Shown in pieces: positions 53,011 through 64,000 of a DNA stretch of 64,000 nucleotides; within the stretch, counting starts at the first letter, position 1, and every line of letters starts with the position of its first letter. The translations under genes were made by a program, and so were the position numbers. The notes under the pieces are model-generated. The model was not told the DNA's origin and searched no databases. It saw only the letters and a list, made by a program, of their open reading frames with translations. The stretch is from the human T2T-CHM13v2.0 reference genome, Homo sapiens: assembly GCF_009914755.1 (NCBI RefSeq), contig NC_060938.1; one strand, given 5' to 3'.

Positions 53011-55471
53011 TATTTTTAAAAATTAAACAAAACTTTGCATAAAACTCACAATTCTAAATCACCTTCTGTGGCTCTGTTACCCATCTATCACACATTCAGT
53101 CTAGGTTCTCTTAGTTCCTGCACTAATAAATATAAATATAAATTGTCCCTGCATTATAAATAACCCTGCCCCAATCTTGCGTTTATCTTTCGTCTTTTTC
53201 GCCTTTTTTCTTAGGTACATATATTCAGAAACAGAGAAAAACTGCCTATTGAAAATGATTTGTAAGAGTCAGAGTTTGCTAATGTGGGTAAAATAAATCA
53301 AATCAGTCAATGATAAATTATATGCAAGCTAGTGTAATGATTTGTAGATAACTGAGAAATTATCTTATTCTCAAAAAAAGTCAATGAACAACGTGTTTAT
53401 ACTGTTAGTACAGTATATGCTCGGTAACTTTTTTTTCTGCTGAATGGAAGAAGGGTTGGAGGAGCATCAAAGTTAATGGGGACTAGGAGCAGACTGCTAT
53501 TGGCACAAATCCAAAGAGAATTCGTATAAGTGATAGATAATTCAACGAGATGAGCACATATTTAATGGCAAAATTTACCTACAAAATTATTGGCATATGA
53601 TAAACACATCTCAATTATAAAGTCCAGTGGTGTGTCATAGAATCAAACTAATTAGGCAATACTAGTTTTGCCATGATATCTTAGCCTAGTATTGCTAATT
53701 TCAATGTTCTTGGAAAAACAGTTTAGGAGTTATGTCAGAATATTATTGAGGTTAATTTTCATTAGGTACCTACTCTTTTAATTCAGCAACTCTTATTTTT
53801 ATAGTAGTGGGTATTGTCTAAATTATGATTACCTTGAAATTTTTATACATTTATTTGAAACTAGACATGCTCACTCAAAAATTTCAATGAAGACTAAACA
53901 TGTAGAAAACGAGAAACAGTCTTAAAACAGAAGGGCAATAGGGTGGAGACAAGTTCGATCATACATTAAATAATATTATTAAGCTGAAATAATTAAAAAT
54001 AGTTGGCAATAGTGAAAGTATAACTAGATAGATTGATAGAAGACAGAAACAAATTACATAGAGAAAATTACTGTACTGCAAAGATATTACTAATCAGGGA
54101 GAAAATAATAGATTTTTGAGCGCATAATGTTGAATCAATTGTCTAGCCACTTGAAAAAAATTAACCCCTTACCTTATTCCTTAGATCAAAATAACTCCAA
54201 ATGATAGGCTTAAAAGATTAAATATAAAACATACCAGAAATTTTCAGGATTTAAAAAAGTAAGCTTAGAGTGGGTCAGGTTTTCTAAGCAAGACCAAAAT
54301 TTCAGGAGACATTATAAAGATGAATGCATTTGAATATACCATAAGGAAGAGATATATGAAAGCAAATATTTCTACGTGGCAAAAATACAATAAAACAGCA
54401 AAAACTAAACGCCAAAATGGAATAAAAAGCTTCAAAATATAAAGTCACATAAAACGTGACTTTAATATATAAAGAGCTTTAGTAAACCAACAAAAAATTA
54501 ACTCTCCAAAAGAAAATTGTGCTAATACTATAATAGCTAATGTTACTTATTTGTTATGTGGTAGCCACTATTTTAATTTTTATCTAGGTAGTGTGTAATC
54601 TACCTATCTACCTATGTATCTATCATTATCAATCAATATATATCTGTTGGTTTCAATACATATTTCAAGTGATTCTCACAGTAATTCTTTAAGGTTTGTA
54701 CTGTTCTTTCTCCACCATCCAATGATAAAACTAAGCTCAAAGATAAAACTAAGTCACAGAAAATCTCTGAGCAATTTTTTCATAGAAAATAAATCATAGA
54801 GCTAGAGTTTGATCACTGGTATTCTGTCTCCAAAATGAACACTTAAACATAATTTTCAATAGACTATTCAAAGAGAGACATACAAATGGATTTTAAAATT
54901 ATTTTTTCAACCCAGGCTTCAGTAATAATAGAGAAAATTTTGAAATGGTATTCTGAATTAGCATTTTTCACCTATTAACTTCAGAAAGATAAAAATGTTT
55001 AATAATACATTGTGTTGGCAAGGAAGTGAAGCAATATTTATTAAATGAAAAATGCATGGGTTCTCTGTTATCATTTACATATTTTCAATAATTTTTATAA
55101 ATATATTTGTTCATGTTGGCAAACATCTTTTTATGGGGATAACCATTTCAGCATAATCTTTGGTAGTAAAAGACTGGAAATGAAAATACAAAAATGCAAA
55201 ACTGTTTAAATATAATATAGTACAGCCAAACAATGGAATACTACGTGGCCATTTTGCATGGACAAAAAACAAGGCACAGAATGATACGTATGTTTGTCTG
55301 AAAATAATGAGTATGTACGTGTATGAGAGTGTTTGAAAGAACAGATGCATAGATGCCTCTATAATGAGAACTGTGATACTGAAGGACAGATGAGGAGGAA
55401 AGACTTACTTTTGCTGTGTATTATTTATATTGTGTAAAATATTTATAATTTGCATGGAATAATCTCCCTCG

Positions 55472-55472
<1 letters not shown>

Positions 55473-55516
<44 letters not shown>
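55473..55516 (+). repeat. (CA)22 microsatellite
   Basis: Perfect CA run ~820 bp upstream of TRAV20. Confidence 0.95.
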
Positions 55517-55519
<3 letters not shown>

Positions 55520-56120
55520 TGACTTTCAGGTCTCTCTGAGGTCCAGAAATGGAGACCTCTTTTTTCTCTCTGCTATGCTTTTTCAAAACTTCCTTCCTTC
55601 TAATATCTACCAATTTTGTGACCCTGAATTTTGGTCACAGTTGGTCTCAATCCTGTAGTCACACAGAAAATTATTTGAAGACATGGATTTCTTAATTTAT
55701 GTTCCAAATTCTCTGCACATTGCATCAGAGAGGTTTCTAGACACATCCACAAGCTATTTGATCCCCTCAACTCCATCTTTTATTTTCAGAGCTCTAGTCT
55801 TTTTAAGGTTTCACCTGCTGAGGTTTTGAGGTTTTAAGGTTTTAAGGTTTCACCTGCTGAGGTTCTTGTGCATTCTAGTGAAAAATATATTTTAGTGAGA
55901 AATATAATTACAGCTACCAGTCGGATTCAACTCCTTTGTAACTTCTGGTTGCAGCTTAGCTTTAAAAACCATTCAAAAAACAATCTAGAGAATTAAGAGT
56001 CCAAGTAAAATAAGGCTTTTCTCATTGCCACTTTAAACCTCATATGCACTATGCCCACCAAATATGAAGAATATTTTTCTTTGTAGGTGGCATAAAGTGG
56101 GTACTGTGGGACAGTACTGT

Positions 56121-56138
56121 GGCCACGAGGTGGCAGTG
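56121..56138 (+). promoter_or_regulatory. CTCF-like motif in TRAV20 promoter
   Basis: GGCCACGAGGTGGCAGTG matches the CTCF core; ~200 bp upstream of the ATG. Confidence 0.72.
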
Positions 56139-56337
56139 GTTCAATTTACTCTCATTCTACAACTGCCTTTAATTTCAAAAGCATGAAAATTACTAGAGGA
56201 CTTGCATTTGATTGGTTGAGCAGCCAACAGAAAGGCTCTTTCCTGCATTACAGAATATGAACTAAGATACAGAAGTGGCGCCTCTGAGAAAAGAAGGTTG
56301 GAATTATCGTAATTTGTTTCTAGGCTGAGATACCAGC

Positions 56338-56828
56338 ATGGAGAAAATGTTGGAGTGTGCATTCATAGTCTTGTGGCTTCAGCTTGGCTGTAAGTTGGAG
56401 GTTAAGAAATGAGAACCATTCGTGCAAAGCTGAGGAAGAGAGATGAAGATTTAATCTCAGCTCATTCAGTTTTCCTGTTGGAATTTTTCAAAGCTGCTAA
56501 ACTAAAAGCTTTGTATAATTTCTGATTTTGTTTTCCTGAACAGGGTTGAGTGGAGAAGACCAGGTGACGCAGAGTCCCGAGGCCCTGAGACTCCAGGAGG
56601 GAGAGAGTAGCAGTCTCAACTGCAGTTACACAGTCAGCGGTTTAAGAGGGCTGTTCTGGTATAGGCAAGATCCTGGGAAAGGCCCTGAATTCCTCTTCAC
56701 CCTGTATTCAGCTGGGGAAGAAAAGGAGAAAGAAAGGCTAAAAGCCACATTAACAAAGAAGGAAAGCTTTCTGCACATCACAGCCCCTAAACCTGAAGAC
56801 TCAGCCACTTATCTCTGTGCTGTGCAGG
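56338..56828 (+). CDS. TRAV20: T cell receptor alpha variable 20 (leader exon 56338-56389, V exon 56544-56828)
   Basis: Spliced [62 protein letters not shown]...[10 protein letters not shown]; GT 56390, AG 56542-56543. Confidence 0.97.
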
Positions 56829-56867
56829 CACAGCGTTCCCCAGGCACCTGCAACTTGTATCAAAACC
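56829..56867 (+). other. Recombination signal sequence of TRAV20
   Basis: CACAGCG, 23-nt spacer, ATCAAAACC. Confidence 0.9.
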
Positions 56868-57699
56868 CTGCAGCTGAGGATCTGAAATGATGGCAGAGGT
56901 ATCTCTGCTGTTCTTCCTCTTGAAGGAGTATTTATTTAATGCCCAGGACCTTTTTCCAAATGGTCCTTTGGAGAATGAAGTCATGAGACAAAGCCAGAGG
57001 GCAGGGACTACTGTTCATTCTGTCCAGGCATCCTAGACAGTCCCTTGTGCATGTTCATGGGTCAGTCTACTCTTAATAACATCCCAGAACTTCCCTCACA
57101 TAAATTCAGAAGGGCCAGATGTAATATGAAGAGTCCTGGTTTCCAGTTGCGGACTACTTGGAAAAAGACTGCACAGGTGCATACACTCCCTGCCGAAAAA
57201 AAAAAAAATGTGTGTATGTGTCTGTGTTGTCTCACAATAATCTGGTCACGTTAATATAAGTAAATCTTTTTCATTTTAATATAGTCTTCTTGAAACCCAC
57301 ATCTCCACCAGCCACATCTCTATATTTCTCATCCCTTCATCATCAAATTACTTGAAAGAATTGTCTGGACTCATTCTCTTAATTTCCATTCTTCAGTCTC
57401 ATTCAAACCTGGCCCCTGTTAGCATTACTCCAAGGGAAGTTCTCACTTTAACACCAGCGGTTTTGGTATTGATAAGGCTATCAGATATTTTTCAGTACTC
57501 ATCTTGTCTAAGATTTGCAGCAGTCTTTCCTCCCTTCTCATTAAAATAAATGTTACTTTAATCAAAATAATACTCACATATATTTACAAAACTCAACAGC
57601 ACTGTCTCACACCCCAGTCATGTCTCTCCATTCTCAGGTGATGGTACTCACATTTATCTGAACATTTAAAGATGCTGTTTCTTCGCTTTCTTCTCTTTC

Positions 57700-59625
57700 T
57701 TTTTGAAATTGAGGTACAACACATAATAAGGTGAATAAAACTTTAGCTTACAGCTCAATAGAATTTTACACTTCTTTGTATCTGGGTAACACCATCCAGA
57801 CCTACATATTGAAATTTTCCATTACTCCAGAAGATTTCCACATGCCCCTTCCAATTCAACGGCCCTTCCCCAACTCTCCACCTGGAGTAACCATGATTCT
57901 GCCTTTCATCACTTGGTCTTACACTTTGTGTGACTGGAATTATATTGTGCAGCCTATATTCTACTGTCTCAATTTCTTCTCTCAATATCATATCTTTGAA
58001 ATTCATTAATGTTTCTGTATGCATGTTATTTTAAAATTTATATGTAAAATTCCCCTGTATAAATATGTAATAATTTATTTTTCCATTCTTCTTGAAATAG
58101 ACTTTTGGGTTTTTTAGACTGTTTACAGTTTTGTGCCATTATGGAAAAGGTTGCTATAAACATTTACTTAAATTTTATTTGGTGGACATATAAACTCACT
58201 ATTCTTGGGTAATTCCACTGGAATGGACTTGAATGGACTTAACTAGGCCATAAAATAGGCATGTATTTAGCTTTAGTGGTTATTATCAAATGTATTTCGA
58301 AAGGCTACCAAGTTGTATGCTCTTATGAACAATGTATGGGAGTTTTAGTTATTCCATGTCTTCACCAAAAAATGGTATCAGGTTTCTTTTTGTTTGTTTT
58401 TTAATTTAAGCCATTATGGTGACATGCAGTGGTATCTCATAAAATTGTGGTTTTAATTTGCTTTTCCTGAAGAATAATGATCCTGAGCACCTTTTCATAT
58501 GCTCATTGTCCATCTGGATATTCCTTTCTGTCTAGTACCTGTTCAAGTCGTTTGCTTATTTGTTTATTGTTCATATGTAGGCATTCTTCATAGATTCTGG
58601 CTATAAGCCCCTGTCAAAACCATCTATTGTGAATTCTCCACTAATCCATTACTTGACTCTTCACTTTCATAATGATTTTCTTTGAGATACAGAAATTCCT
58701 AGTTTTGGTAAAGTCCAAATAACTATTTATTTTTCTTTATTGGTTAGTAGTTTTTGTGCCCTATTGAGAAATCTTTGCCTACCTCAAGTAACAGACACAC
58801 TTTTTTTCATGTAGGTCCATTTGCCACCTCAAATCAATTTTCGTGATGCTATGCAAAAGGTGTCCAGGTTCCTATTGCCCCATGACCATTTAATGAAAAG
58901 ATCTTCCTTTCCCCCACTGAATTGCAGTGGTGTTTGGGTCACAAATCAGGTGATCCTACGTGTATAGCTCTATTTCTGCACTCTATTTTGTTTCTTCTGT
59001 TAGTTCAGCCTCCCAGCTATCTCATAATGTGCTTATTAATATAGCTTTAGAATAGAATTTGAAACTCATCAGTGTTTTTCTTCATCTGTGTTCTTCCCCT
59101 TATTATTTTATCCATTCTATGTCCTTTCTGAATCCATACAAATTTTAGAACTAGTTTCTAAATTCTAAATCATTTTCACATCTACAAAATTGCCCTTGCA
59201 GTTTTGATTGGTATTGCATTAAGCTTATAGATAACTTTGAGGAGAATTGCTACCTCAAAAATATTGAGTCATTGTGTCAAAAATATAGACTATCTACCTG
59301 CTAAGGTCATCTAATGTCTTAAGCAATGATTTTAGTTCTCAATGTAGTGATTTGCACATCCTGTATCAGATTTACTTCCATGTATAGACATTTCATGCAG
59401 ATTTAAAAATTTTATTTTCTAATTGTTGCTAGTGTATAGAAATACAATTGGTTTTTACATATTGACCTTATATTCATTGAACTTGCTACACTTACTAATT
59501 TTAATCATTTGGTCATACATTATTTTGGATTTTCTAAGTCCACAATCATGCCATCTGCAAATGAAGAAAAATTTGTTTCTTGCATTATAATCTTTGTATC
59601 TTATTTATTTTCCTTTCCTTCCTTA
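57700..59625 (-). mobile_element. Old antisense L1 (L1M-type)
   Basis: T-rich L1 3'/ORF2 antisense text (gtggtatctcat...gtggttttaatttgc, caatcatgccatctgcaaat). Confidence 0.7.
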
Positions 59626-62600
59626 TTGGCCAGACTTAGTGGAAGAGTTGGCCACTCTATTTAGATCTGCTTATCATCCCAGGGAGGCAGGGACTTAAAA
59701 ATGTAAAAGATATAAAGTGAGCGAGTGGTTTATGGAGTTCTAGCTATTGAGTCAAAGTAATGACTAATGCCCTACTTATAAATAGACTCTAAACAACAGC
59801 ATCGGCTCTTTCCACCTCCGCTTTGTGTAGAAGAAATGCAGGGAGGCCTAGAAAAAAGGGAGCAGAAGTAGAAGCTTCCTGATTTAGGAAGAGAGGCACA
59901 AGTGTTATTTTACCCACGTCATCTGGTTTTGTTGTATTTAACCCTTTGGGTTTACAGCCTTACAGTTTGCCCAATGTGTTCAGGTGAAGCGATACAAAAA
60001 TCACCGAAGGATTCCTGCTTTACCTGGTACCAATTTTGTCATTCTCATCATCATCTTTATCGTCACAAAAACTATGAAGTAATATTAACCCATTTCTCAG
60101 ATTGGGAAACTGAGGCTTACATAAGTTTTGAGATGAAAGCATTTCTGAGATAAAGTAAATGCTGCAGGTACCATAAAATAAGACGAAGAAAAACATATAA
60201 AACTTCAGAGTTAACCAACTAGACAGCACTTCTCTGATTTTACTGTACATTTAAGAATCACATGAAGAGTTTATTTTAAAAATGCTTTATTTCCATAGAT
60301 TCTGATTCTATAGGTCTGATACGGGGTCAGGAGTCTGCTTTTTTTAGTGAGTTGTCTAATGATTTTGATCATTAGATCTGGAGATCTTACTTTGAAAAAC
60401 ACTGCAACTGGGAGAGTACTGCATTTCAGGAGGATGGATGATATAGACATGCAGGTGATTTTGTGTTAACTTAGATAACAGGGCTTAGGGAACCAGGAAA
60501 CACACCTGGGAATGCCTTAATGTGGGTTATGCCTATTCTGATTAAACTATATCCTATCATAATTAGTAGAAGATACTTTGTTTTGATGATAAAGAAGGGA
60601 ATGATTTTTGTTTCAACAACAGAAATTTATTTATGATTTGAAAAGCAGCAGAGAGATTAGGGGATAGACAAGCCTTTTAGTTGCAGACTTTCCAAGAAGA
60701 AAATAGGCTAAAACAATATATGAGATTCTCCACTATGAATTAAACTTTTTCATTCTTTATTGTCAATTAAAAAATAAAACTTCTATATATTTTAAAGGCC
60801 ATAAACCAATTATCTTAGTGTTTCCTTCAATGTTCTAAAATTTAGACAGGTTTTATCTAATTATTTTATTTACTCTTTTTACTCTGCCTGGATTCTTTAC
60901 AACATTTTAACTTTCTATTAAAGAAAGTTGGTTCCAATACTGTTAAGGCTCTGTTTATTACATAATATAGCACAATAGTGCTCTAAACTCCACCTTTAAC
61001 ATGCTCATATAATTCCAGTATAGACCATGCTAATACTCATAATTGTTTAATGACCATGGTTAATCTTCTGCTGCATCCTCATAGCCAGGCTTTCCTTTTC
61101 CTGAATCCATGATGAGTTTGGTTGGTGTGAAGACTGTAATTGACTTTTGTCCCCAGAGCTCACCTAATATTATATTCCTAATATTATTGGAATACAAATA
61201 TGTCTATTTACATTTATATATTTATAATCTATATGTTACACATTACACATTTATATTTATTTATATGTTATATGACATCTAATTATTGGAATATATTTTT
61301 ATTTTGTCTTTTGGAGAATTTGTTATGGAATCAAACAGACTTATTTTTCCCATGAGATCAATAGGATATATTGTGGGACATTTTCTGTTACGAATTTGGC
61401 AAATAGGACCCAAAGCTAGGAACCAAGATTCATTAGGCATCCACCATTTTTCATTAAGAATGGCTCACATTTTAAGCACAGCTGCACTTCTCAAAAAATT
61501 TTTTTAAATAAAAAAATTAAAAAAAGAATGGCCCACAGTTGGACATTCTCTGTAGAGGTAAGAAGCAGCAACTGAACAGGCTCTGCAACCTCCAATTCTC
61601 ACCTCTTAGCTGGTGTGAGGAGGTAGCGAGGGATGGGAGGAGTCAAGAAGAGAATATCATCAGAGTATTCCCCCTTTCCCACAAGCCACTTGAGGGGTCA
61701 GTACTCCAAAATAATTACTTCCAAAGACAGAGATCTGCTGCATAAAAAGGAACATTGTGTGACATTTTCATCTTTGTTCTGAAGCAGATTTTAATCTATG
61801 TTTACATCTACTTAAGAAGAAGACGAGGAAACTGGAGAGAGATGGTGGAGTGGAGAGGGGGCAGCCATGGCCTGCCTGGGTTTCTGCACTGGGCATGGTG
61901 AGGAGGCACGTGTATTCTGTGGGCAGGTGCTGCCTCTGAGGTGCCAGGGCTGAGCTGTCCCGCCAGAGCTTCACCCAGAGGAGAAAGTAAGGGGCTGTGG
62001 AGGGTTCTCCTGAGGGAGGGGCTGACAGGAAGGGGAGACACCTCCCTTGAGGAGCCCCTGAGGTCCCCTGGGTGCTCTCTCATAGGGACACTCACCATAC
62101 ACAGCCATCAGTGGTCGGCCAGGGAAGCAACAACACTAGAGGTGCACAGTGGTTAAGTAAGAACAGTTTTGTTGTTTCTTCCCCTTAATCTTTTCCTTTC
62201 ACCTTAATCCCGGGAAGTTAAAATCAAAGAAAAAGGAGGAAAGAAGAGAACAAAGTAGGCCATGTCCACCTCACTGTAGCTCGGGATCAGGCCTGAAGTT
62301 TGGAGAGCAGAGGAAAGGTGAAGACTGGAGTGTTAAACAGAACTGCCCTGAGGTTTATTTAACCACTGAAAGTGGCCCAGAGGTTTGGAGCTTTCTTTCC
62401 TAGACCTCTTCAAGGGCATAAGGACCAGGGCCCCTCTGAAGGACCCAACCATGCTTAAGCCTCTTTGATGCTCTTTTCTTTGGCATCCTTTCCTCTCCCT
62501 ATCGCTCCACCCAGAAAATGTTTATATAGACTCTGGTAGGCAGACTTGCATTATATCTTTGTATCATTTCCTATAAGTCAGTTTATGCTGGATTCCTTAA

Positions 62601-64000
62601 TTTGCCTATAAAGCTGAAAGTTTTGAAATAAGATGGTAGGAAAGACTTCTTTATTTTTGGTTTCCAGCTATGCCTCCTTTCCTGAAAGTGATAAGCAGAA
62701 AATCACCCAACTGCCTCAATGGAGGAAAAATTGTGAGGTTAATTAAAAATAATAATATAAAAAGGCAACCACTGTTAATATTGAAAAATGGCTTGTCACA
62801 CATGGTGATCATTCTGAAACCACAAATGACCAAAACTGGTGAAGTCCTTTCTGTAACATCACAGGCACGTCTAAGTGATTCTTTTCCATATCTGTAAAGT
62901 AACTTTACGAAAGCAGGTGAAGACCTGCCCAGGACCTGAATGAAAGCATTCATGTATTTAGTCACAAGAGGGGGCTGCTGTGTCTGTCAATAAGATGCCT
63001 GTTCAGCTGGGGAAAGAGTGTTTGGCTCACAGTCAGTAGTGAAGCCGTGCAGAAACTGTGACAAATGATACTCTTTATTCTCTTTGTTCTAAGCAGAGTA
63101 GTCTGTGCATAGCTTCCAACATTCAATAATTCCTGGCCTTGCCTCAATCCATTATGAAAAGTTTTGTTTCTACTCAAAATAGGACAATATAGAAAGACAG
63201 AGACAGGAAGTAGTTATACAGCTTTCAAGTTGAATTGATCTTTTTTTTGTCGTTTTTGAAATAGAGAAAAGTAGATATTTTTGGTGGGGAAGATACTTTT
63301 TTTTCTCAATCTATTTCATTTCTCTTAAACTTGAGAAGATAATGAGAAAAAGTCTTCTAGGTTGCTCCCTTCCTTCTTACAGTCCCCTCCTTTCTTCTGT
63401 CTTTCCTCTTCTCTGCATTTCAATTCTTAGTGTGTGTCACCACTAGGCACACACATGGAGAATGGGGAAAGGTGGGTCAGGGATAGGGTTTCTGGGGTGT
63501 AAGGATGTGTGTGACCCCAAGTCTCTTGTTTCCTTTGTACCAAGATATGCAGTCTGTAAATGCTCTCCTAGAGATAGATGATATCTAGAGGCATTTCAGG
63601 CATCTGGAGACATGGCTTCCTGATCAGGTTCCGATTATACTTTTCTGGTCACCTTGGACACATTACTGTCTGCGTCTGAGCCTCATTTCCTCTTTATTGT
63701 TATTTAGATGGGCTTTCTCCATCTTCTTATGATGGTATAAGCCTTGGTAGGGTTTTCCTGAATATAAAGAAACTTGTGACAGAGTGGACTGTACTCCTGG
63801 GTAAGAGTTTCAGGCCTAAGAAAAGATGGTGTTCTAAACCAAGAAATCAGAAGAGGAACCTGCTGCCTGCACTGTCTTACTCTCCTTCACCCAAGATGCT
63901 AAGGGCAACCAATCAAATAACAGCTGTTAACTTTTTGAGGAGGTCACATCCTCAGTGTGAGGGGCTACATCATACCCAGTATATTAGTTTGTGCCATAGG

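Noticed and set aside
63725-63765. TGGTATAAG...CCTGAAT resembling a V framework-2 (WY..PE) remnant
   Set aside because: Too short, flanked by stops, with no Cys motifs or RSS; cannot be supported.

Overview
This is human (primate) genomic DNA from the T-cell receptor alpha/delta (TRA/TRD) variable-gene array on 14q11.2, in germline (unrearranged) configuration. Five intact + strand V segments are recognisable from their leader and V-exon translations, each followed by a 22/23-bp-spacer RSS: TRAV16, TRAV17, TRAV18, TRAV19 and TRAV20. Between TRAV19 and TRAV20 lie two pseudogenes. One is a ~5-kb decayed processed pseudogene of the long SALL4 isoform with a probable target-site duplication. The other is a vestigial TRAV19/TRAV14-like V gene whose acceptor and exon start are duplicated on either side of a younger L1. 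The rest is mostly Alu, L1, L2, MaLR/LTR, DNA-transposon and simple repeats, and most ORFs in the track are repeat-derived noise. I see no evidence of a wholly new biological system. The most interesting signals are regulatory or evolutionary: a CAG-heptamer RSS at TRAV18, co-oriented CTCF-like motifs about 200 bp upstream of the V start codons, acceptor-like YAG tracts just before every leader ATG, a competing out-of-frame acceptor in TRAV16, an inverted ETS pair at the TRAV19 promoter, a twin-primed inverted L1 and the structure of the vestigial V gene. Gene names come from recognising the sequences; repeat subfamilies and boundaries are judged by eye and are approximate.
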